Positions 58,389 through 64,000 of a DNA stretch of 64,000 bases are shown piece by piece. Positions within the stretch are counted from its first letter, which is position 1. The number at the start of each line of letters is the position of its first letter. Position numbers and translations under genes: made by a program. The notes under the pieces are model-generated. The model saw nothing but the letters and a program-made list of their open reading frames with translations. It was not told where the DNA came from and ran no database searches. Source of the DNA: Thermoanaerobaculia bacterium (GTDB lineage: Bacteria; Acidobacteriota; Thermoanaerobaculia; UBA5066; Gp7-AA6); contig DATFQY010000005.1 in NCBI GenBank assembly GCA_035263845.1, forward strand, positions 6,770-70,769. Reading direction: 5' to 3'.

Positions 58389-59879
58389 TTAGAGCGTTGC
58401 GAGGAGACGGCGAAGGGCTTCTTCCTTGCGGCTCTGCTGCTGCTGGCGGTCGTGGAGGACCGGAGGGGCGGCGCGGTCGTGGCACTCCGAGGGGACCAGG
58501 CGGCATCGCTCGCAGGTCAGGTTGACGTCGGAGCGCGGCACGGCGGGGTCGTCCCAGAAGCGGATCTTCTCGCGAAGCGCGTCGTCCAGGAGGAAGCCGA
58601 GCGAGACGCTGGAGCTCGCGCCGTCGGTCAAGGCGAGCGGGCGGGCCATCGCGATAACGAAGAATTCGGCCCCCGTGTCGAGAAAGCGGGACCGCTGGGC
58701 CATGACGGCGGGGCCGCCGCGCCGCTTGCCGCGCCGGGACATGTCGTGGAGCAGGCGCAGGACCGGCCAGCGCCGGCAGTACGTCTCGGCCGAGCCGACG
58801 CCGTGCGGAACCGGAACCCGCGAAAGGTTGAAGACCTTGGTCAGCGCCGGCCCGCCGGTCCGCGGCGACTGGGAAAACCGCATGAAGAAAATCTCCCGCA
58901 GCCCGAAGAATCGCGGCACGAGCTGCGTCAGCCGGTAGAAGAACGTCTCGGGCGTCGCGTCGTAGCGCCGCATCCCGTCGGCCAGCGCCGCGCCGTCCCA
59001 CTTTGGCCGAGCGAAGAACCGGGCGAGGTCTTCGCGAAGGACGTCCCGTCCGATCAGGAGCGCCCCGGCGAAGTAGGAGGCCTTGAAGTTGTTCAGGACC
59101 TGCTCGAAGGACTCGACCTTGATCCAGGTCGAGGTTGCCGGCCGTTCCTTCAGGCCGAGCACCCGGTAGCCGATCTCGCGGGCCGCGACGAACGCCTTCT
59201 GGGAGGGCATCAGGCGGCCGTTGACGAGCAGGCGCGGCCGCGGGCCGTCCCGGAAGACCGAGCGGAGGCTCTTGAGGTCCGGGTCCGCGGGCAAGGTCTC
59301 GACGTCCAGCTCGTAGCCGTAGTCCCGCTCGAGCACGGCGCGGAGGCGCGAGAAGGACGGCGGTGTCCGGCCGGACCAGCCCCGCGCCCGGCGCAGCGAC
59401 GCCGCGGCGTCCTCCAGCTCCTCGAAGTAGTTGGCGTGCATCTGCTGGTAGGAGCGAAGCGCGGCCAGCAGGAAGTGCTCGGCGTGGACGTCGTAAATCC
59501 TCCCGACCTCCAGGAAGGTCCGCAGGAGCGCCCCAGCCTTCGTCGGGTCCTGGGTGACCAGGTCGAAGAGGTCCTGCGGCTCGACTCCGAAGAGGTCGAA
59601 GGGGAACTCGCGCAGCAGGCTCGAGGAGAAGACGGCCTTGACCGGGTCGAGCTCCTCCCCGACCTGGAGCGTGACGAGCGAGTCGAAGGGGACGTCCAGG
59701 GCGCGGGCGAGCTCGATCAGCTTGCCCGGCTTCGGGTACTTCTTCCCCTTCTCGATCTCCGAGAGGTAGGACACGGAGAGCCCCGAGCGGGCGGCGATGG
59801 CCTTGAGCGGGCGGCCCCGCTCCTTGCGAAGCGTCTTCAGCTTCAGCCCGAGGATGTAGCGGAGCTGCTCGCCGTCGAG
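58389..59879 (-). CDS. XRE-family HTH regulator with a large C-terminal domain and a terminal Cys cluster (RamB/PrpR/ScfR-like). The exact 5' end is unresolved.
   Basis: Cro/C1-type HTH LRYILGLKLKTLRKERGRPLKAIAARSGLSVSYLSEIEKG, then about 400 aa ending in CERCRLVPSECH. No canonical start codon lies between the HTH and the divergent methyltransferase gene. Confidence 0.6.
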   Translation of the reverse strand, partial: LDGEQLRYILGLKLKTLRKERGRPLKAIAARSGLSVSYLSEIEKGKKYPKPGKLIELARALDVPFDSLVTLQVGEELDPVKAVFSSSLLREFPFDLFGVEPQDLFDLVTQDPTKAGALLRTFLEVGRIYDVHAEHFLLAALRSYQQMHANYFEELEDAAASLRRARGWSGRTPPSFSRLRAVLERDYGYELDVETLPADPDLKSLRSVFRDGPRPRLLVNGRLMPSQKAFVAAREIGYRVLGLKERPATSTWIKVESFEQVLNNFKASYFAGALLIGRDVLREDLARFFARPKWDGAALADGMRRYDATPETFFYRLTQLVPRFFGLREIFFMRFSQSPRTGGPALTKVFNLSRVPVPHGVGSAETYCRRWPVLRLLHDMSRRGKRRGGPAVMAQRSRFLDTGAEFFVIAMARPLALTDGASSSVSLGFLLDDALREKIRFWDDPAVPRSDVNLTCERCRLVPSECHDRAAPPVLHDRQQQQSRKEEALRRLLATL

Positions 59880-60005
59880 CGAGGGGGAAGGAGCGGGATT
59901 CGGCGTCTGGGCGATCGCTGGAGGATAGCATCCGCGGCCAGCGAATTTTCGCCGGCCGCGACGCTCGCCGCCCGGGACGGACCGGAATGCCTGTAAGGTT
60001 TCGCC

Positions 60006-60752
60006 GTGGCGTCCTTCGCGGACCATTTCTCGAAGCGGTCCCCGGACTACGCCCGCTACCGCCCCGGCTATCCCGACGCGCTCTTCGACTTCGTGGCGGA
60101 GCTCGCCCCCGGCCGGGCGCTGGCGTGGGATTGCGCGACGGGGAGCGGACAGGCCGCCGCGGGGCTCGCGGGGCGCTTCGAGACGGTCCTCGCCACCGAT
60201 GCGAGCTTCGGCCAGATCCGGAGCGCCGTCCGCCATCCGGCCATCCGCTACGCCGCGGCGACGGCGGAAGCGGCGCCCCTCGCGTCCGGCTCTGCGGCGG
60301 CCGTCACCTCCGCGCAGGCTCTTCACTGGTTCGACCGGCCGCGGTTCTGGGAGGAGGTTCGGCGGGTCCTCGTTCCGGGCGGCGTCGTCGCGATCTGGTC
60401 TTACCACGGGTTTCACGTCACGCCGGAAGTGGAGGCCGTCGTCCACCGACTCTACCGCGACGTCGTCGGCCCGTACTGGCCGCCCGAGCGGGCGATCGTC
60501 GAGAGGGGGTACCAGGAGCTCGAGTTCCCGTTCGACCGGGTGGATCCGCCGGGCCTGGTGCTCGAGAAACGCTGGGACCTGGCGGCGCTCGTGGGGTACC
60601 TGCGGACCTGGTCCGCGACTCAGCGCTACGAGGCGGCGCTCGGAGCGGACCCGATCCCCCTCGTCGCGAAGGACCTGGAGGAGGCTTGGGGGCCTCCCGA
60701 GACGGTCCGGCCCTTCCGCTGGGACCTCGACATCCTGCTCGGCCGGAAGTGA
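60006..60752 (+). CDS. Class I SAM-dependent methyltransferase.
   Basis: Motif I ALAWDCATGSGQAA, a Methyltransf_11-like fold, 248 aa. Confidence 0.8.
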   Translation: MASFADHFSKRSPDYARYRPGYPDALFDFVAELAPGRALAWDCATGSGQAAAGLAGRFETVLATDASFGQIRSAVRHPAIRYAAATAEAAPLASGSAAAVTSAQALHWFDRPRFWEEVRRVLVPGGVVAIWSYHGFHVTPEVEAVVHRLYRDVVGPYWPPERAIVERGYQELEFPFDRVDPPGLVLEKRWDLAALVGYLRTWSATQRYEAALGADPIPLVAKDLEEAWGPPETVRPFRWDLDILLGRK

Positions 60753-60784
60753 CAAAGGGAGGCGCGAGCCCCCCTTTGTCATCC
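60753..60784 (+). terminator. Terminator-like hairpin after the methyltransferase gene.
   Basis: CAAAGGG-aggcgcgagccc-CCCTTTG followed by TCATCC. The GC-rich stem starts right after the TGA. Confidence 0.3.
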
Positions 60785-60875
60785 TGAGGGAAGCGAAGCG
60801 ACCGAAGGATCTACTCGATTGAGCCGCGTGATTCCCTTTCAGACCCGTCTCGCCTCTCTGCCATAGAATCGGGCC

Positions 60876-61898
60876 GTGGCGACGCTGGATACGTTTCGCA
60901 GGCCGCTGAAAAACCTGCGGTTGTCGGTCACGGACCGGTGCAACCTGCGCTGCCAGTACTGCATGCCGGAGAGGGACTACGTCTGGCTGCCGCGCAAGGA
61001 CATCCTGGATTTCGAGGAGATCAGCACGCTCGTGGGCGTCTTCACGGAGCTGGGAGTGGACCGGGTCCGGCTGACGGGGGGCGAGCCGCTGGTCCGGCGG
61101 GACCTGCCGGAACTCATCCGGCTCCTCGCCGCCAGGCCGGCGTTGAAGGACCTCGCGCTGACAACCAACGGGGTACTCCTGGCCGAGAAGGCCCGGGAGC
61201 TGAAGGACGCGGGCTTGAAGCGCGTCACGGTCAGCCTCGACACCTTGCAGCGCGACCGCTTCCAGGCGCTCACCCGATTCGACGACCACGCGCGGGTGTT
61301 GGCCGGGATCGAGGCTTCGGCCGGAGCGGGCTTCGAGTCCGTCAAGATCGACGCGGTCGTCATCCGCGGCGTCAACGAGGACGAGCTGGTGCCGCTGCTC
61401 GAATACGGCCGGAGAGTCGGGGCGGAGGTCCGGTTCATCGAGTACATGGACGTCGGCGGCGCGACCCAGTGGACGAGGGACAAGGTCGTCTCCCGCGCCG
61501 AGATGCTGGGAGCGCTCGCCCGCCACTATGGCCCGATCCAGCCGGTCGAGGAGAAAACCTCGGCCCCCGCCGAGCGGTTCCGGCTCCCCGACGGGACGAT
61601 CTTCGGGATCATCGCCTCGACGACGGCGCCTTTCTGCGGCTCCTGCGACCGCAGCCGGCTGACGGCCGACGGGCTCTGGTACCTCTGCCTCTACGCGGCG
61701 CGCGGGATCGACCTACGCGGGCCGCTGCGCGCCGGGGCGTCGGTCCACGAGATCAAAGAGATCCTCCAGGGCTCCTGGACCCGCCGGGCCGACCGCGGCG
61801 CCGAGGAGCGGCTGGCGCTTCGCGAGCGGTCGCCGCTCGTGCCGCTGACCGCTCTTCGCGGAGACCCTCACCTGGAAATGCACACGCGGGGGGGCTAG
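60876..61898 (+). CDS. moaA: GTP 3',8-cyclase (molybdenum cofactor biosynthesis protein A).
   Basis: N-terminal radical [11 protein letters not shown] and a C-terminal auxiliary cluster [13 protein letters not shown]. 340 aa, GTG start. Confidence 0.9.
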   Translation: MATLDTFRRPLKNLRLSVTDRCNLRCQYCMPERDYVWLPRKDILDFEEISTLVGVFTELGVDRVRLTGGEPLVRRDLPELIRLLAARPALKDLALTTNGVLLAEKARELKDAGLKRVTVSLDTLQRDRFQALTRFDDHARVLAGIEASAGAGFESVKIDAVVIRGVNEDELVPLLEYGRRVGAEVRFIEYMDVGGATQWTRDKVVSRAEMLGALARHYGPIQPVEEKTSAPAERFRLPDGTIFGIIASTTAPFCGSCDRSRLTADGLWYLCLYAARGIDLRGPLRAGASVHEIKEILQGSWTRRADRGAEERLALRERSPLVPLTALRGDPHLEMHTRGG

Positions 61899-61902
61899 GC
61901 GG

Positions 61903-62208
61903 GTGGACGAGCCGGGATCGGATCGGCCCGCGCCCCTCCGAGCGCTCATCAATCCCCAGGTCCAGTCCTTCGAGCGCTTTCTGATCCGGACGCGCGGCGG
62001 CATCAACACCCAGTCGGCATGGCGGCTGTCGGTGACCTGCGGCGAAGGGCAGGGGGCGATCGTCTTCATCGAGATCGGGCCGGGGGAGGCGTTCTACCGC
62101 GGGGAAGGGGTTTTCCTGGGGTGGACGCAGGAGCAGATGGCGGCGGCTTACATGGCGCTGCTGCCGAAGTCGGAGGAGCCGCCGTTCGAGATTCCGCAGC
62201 TGGGGTAG
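61903..62208 (+). CDS. Hypothetical protein (101 aa) immediately downstream of moaA.
   Basis: The ORF starts 4 nt after the moaA stop. No motif is recognised. Confidence 0.4.
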   Translation: MDEPGSDRPAPLRALINPQVQSFERFLIRTRGGINTQSAWRLSVTCGEGQGAIVFIEIGPGEAFYRGEGVFLGWTQEQMAAAYMALLPKSEEPPFEIPQLG

Positions 62209-62220
62209 GCGCGGTAGTCC

Positions 62221-62715
62221 TCAGCCTTTTGGAGCGGCGGCCTCCAGGAGCTTCCACTCTTCCGGCGTGAGGTGGGGGGCGGCGGCGGGGAAGTAGACGC
62301 CGGCCATTTCCGATTCGTGGGCGGAGAAGCGGCGGGCGAGGTTCTCGATCAGGCCGAGCAGGTCCGAGAGTGGCGCGCCGCGCGAGACCTCCTCGGAGAG
62401 GAACCGGGCCAGCTCCCGCACTTGCACGCAGTTGAGGCGCAGCTCCCGCCGGGGATCGCGTCCCGGCACTCCGGCGTGCAGGACCGCGGGAAGAAGCACG
62501 GCTTCCTCCGCCTCGGTCCACCGTTTCACGCACAAGTGAAAGTCGGCCAGCGCGACCCGGTACGCCTCCGTGTCCCGCCGATCGAAGGCTCCCCGGAAAT
62601 CCTCGAACCGGGACCGAAGCGAACTCTGTGCCCCTGTGAGACCCTCGACGCTTCTTTCCACCTCTAACCCTGGACCGTTCTCTGACCCCGGAGCACGGAC
62701 ATCAGAGTCCGGCAA
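62221..62715 (-). CDS. Hemerythrin-like (HHE cation-binding) domain protein.
   Basis: The spaced His/Glu pattern (ADFH...HAG...HESE...PH) resembles a hemerythrin four-helix metal site. Low certainty. Confidence 0.4.
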   Translation of the reverse strand: MPDSDVRAPGSENGPGLEVERSVEGLTGAQSSLRSRFEDFRGAFDRRDTEAYRVALADFHLCVKRWTEAEEAVLLPAVLHAGVPGRDPRRELRLNCVQVRELARFLSEEVSRGAPLSDLLGLIENLARRFSAHESEMAGVYFPAAAPHLTPEEWKLLEAAAPKG

Positions 62716-63448
62716 GTCCCGGCTCGATCCGCGTATACCCCTGTTCCACGGCCCACAGGTCCATTGCGATCGAGAGGAGCTCGTCCACCTCCGGGATCGG
62801 ACGAGCGTCCAGCGAAAGGTCCAGCGACTTCACGTAGCGATGGCAGGTCTCGCATGCCTCGATCCGGACCGCCGGGTGCCGGTCGTTCTGGAACGAGGGG
62901 AGCCGGTACGGGTCCCCCTCGAAGCAGGCGGGACAGAAGATCCGGTTGATCCTCCACTCCAGCCCGCAGAGCGCGCAGGCCAGCGTCCGCCGCGCCCCTT
63001 CCTGGAGCGAGCCCTCCCGTCGAACCGCCATCCACGGCGCGCCGCCGCAGAAGGGGCACTTGCCCTGCTTGTGCACTCGGTCCGGGGCCAGGTTCCAGGA
63101 GCGGAGGAACTCGACGTAGGGACGGAGGATCGCGCGAGAGAGGTAGTCCTCGGTGGAGGGCCGGTCTCCCGCCCAGTACACGAGGAGCCGCGTGCGCGCC
63201 GTCGAAGGCAGGTCGCTGCGCCGCTCTCGCGACTCTTCCGAGAGGGCCGGCGGGCCCTCCTCCTGCGCATACCGGAGGACCGCGGCGCCGATGCCGGCGA
63301 GCCTTTCCGCGTCGTCATCGAGGTGGGCCGTCAGCGCGTCGTCGCGATGCGCCGCGGCAAGGAGGTCGGCCCCGCGGGCCTGGATCCGGTACAGTCCCGC
63401 CGCGAACCGGAGCGGCTCCTCCGCGGCGGCCGCCTGGCGCGCCAGCAA
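62702..63448 (-). CDS. fdhE: Formate dehydrogenase accessory protein FdhE.
   Basis: Four CxxC pairs with FdhE spacing (CPFCGG, CALCG, CPAC, CETCH). 248 aa. Confidence 0.8.
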   Translation of the reverse strand: MLARQAAAAEEPLRFAAGLYRIQARGADLLAAAHRDDALTAHLDDDAERLAGIGAAVLRYAQEEGPPALSEESRERRSDLPSTARTRLLVYWAGDRPSTEDYLSRAILRPYVEFLRSWNLAPDRVHKQGKCPFCGGAPWMAVRREGSLQEGARRTLACALCGLEWRINRIFCPACFEGDPYRLPSFQNDRHPAVRIEACETCHRYVKSLDLSLDARPIPEVDELLSIAMDLWAVEQGYTRIEPGLAGL

Positions 63449-63494
63449 CTCCGCCCGCTCCGCGCGGCGCTCGAATTCCGAGACGAGCTTCGAA

Positions 63495-64000
63495 CTATCC
63501 GCGGTCCGGCTCCTGGCCCGTCACCTCGCGGTACCAGCGCCCGTGGTGCAAGCGCGCCCATCTCTTCGTCACCGTTCCGCGAGTCATCGAAACCAAGGTG
63601 CCAGGCTCGGCGACGGTTCCCAGATAGATGTGGATCACGATCAGCATCGCGAAGAGGATGAACGTGATGTCGTGGATCAGATAGCCGAGTTCCATCAGGA
63701 AACGCGGGAAGACGCCCGGAAACCACATGAGCAGCCCGGAAAGAAGCATGCCGAGCGCGGCGAGACAGACGAGCCAGAACTGGAGCTTCTGACCGCCGTT
63801 GTACTTTCCAACGTTGGAATCATCGGTCTCATAGCGCATGTAACGCATCGGTAATCGCCACCCGATCCATTCGCGCTCCGAAGAGTCGAGTGACATGTCG
63901 GCGAACCAGTGAACGAACATCACGGCGCTGGCGAGGAAGAAAACGACGCCCGCCCACGGGTGGATCACGCGGCAGACGGAGAGCCCGCCGAAAAAAGCAG
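63495..64000 (-). CDS. fdoI: Formate dehydrogenase cytochrome b556 (gamma) subunit, C-terminal part. The gene continues past the window end.
   Basis: Heme-ligand His pattern and TM helices typical of FdnI/FdoI (HWFADM, LIHDITFILFAMLIVIHIYLG). The ORF is open to the window edge. Confidence 0.7.
   Translation of the reverse strand, partial: AFFGGLSVCRVIHPWAGVVFFLASAVMFVHWFADMSLDSSEREWIGWRLPMRYMRYETDDSNVGKYNGGQKLQFWLVCLAALGMLLSGLLMWFPGVFPRFLMELGYLIHDITFILFAMLIVIHIYLGTVAEPGTLVSMTRGTVTKRWARLHHGRWYREVTGQEPDRG

Noticed and set aside
58389-61526. 1045 aa ORF on the minus strand.
   Set aside because: Only the last ~500 codons (XRE/ScfR-like regulator) are coding. The upstream part is antisense to the plus-strand methyltransferase and moaA genes, which have clear motifs.

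Overview
This is a high-GC (~68-70%) bacterial chromosomal segment, gene-dense on both strands. An acidobacterial origin is suggested by a TIGR03436-like VWFA-related Acidobacterial domain protein, a futalosine-pathway radical SAM gene and a STAND-type Ser/Thr kinase, though no organism name is asserted. About 60 coding regions are supported, and no rRNA, tRNA, CRISPR array, transposase or integrase was seen. Main blocks, left to right (coordinates are in the feature list):
- ccmCBA heme-exporter genes, divergent from a cupredoxin-like lipoprotein.
- An aa3-type cytochrome c oxidase locus (coxB-coxA-ctaA-ctaB-small TM-coxD-coxC-ctaM-small CxxC protein) with ATGA/GTGA stop-start overlaps.
- A beta-lactamase-like hydrolase, a DUF374 acyltransferase and a DUF3179 protein.
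- An MqnC/MqnE radical SAM gene translationally coupled to a small Zn-ribbon ORF.
- recO-glyQ-glyS-ppdK-amidohydrolase-mutL.
- An ECF sigma / anti-sigma / membrane-protein operon, next to a pcnB that has no canonical start codon.
- A livKHMGF ABC transporter.
- A co-directional, tightly spaced trio (STAND Ser/Thr kinase-NTPase-TPR, B12-binding radical SAM, secreted neutral ceramidase-like hydrolase), convergent with an FHA Ser/Thr kinase.
- gltA and pckA, divergent from glnA, with a perfect palindrome and a sigma70-like promoter in the spacer.
- A 1.5 kb low-GC (~52%) island carrying a Cys-rich secreted mini-protein and a frameshifted VWFA-related lipoprotein.
- A redoxin-MoxR-HpcH aldolase-VWA-membrane protein operon.
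- An XRE/ScfR-like regulator, moaA, and the start of an fdhE/fdoI formate dehydrogenase module.
Several long track ORFs (41805..45956, 58389..61526, 32633..36673, 3197..5107) are antisense or chimeric frames typical of high-GC DNA and were not called as genes. Manual coordinate counts can be off by 1 nt; starts derived from the track are the more reliable.
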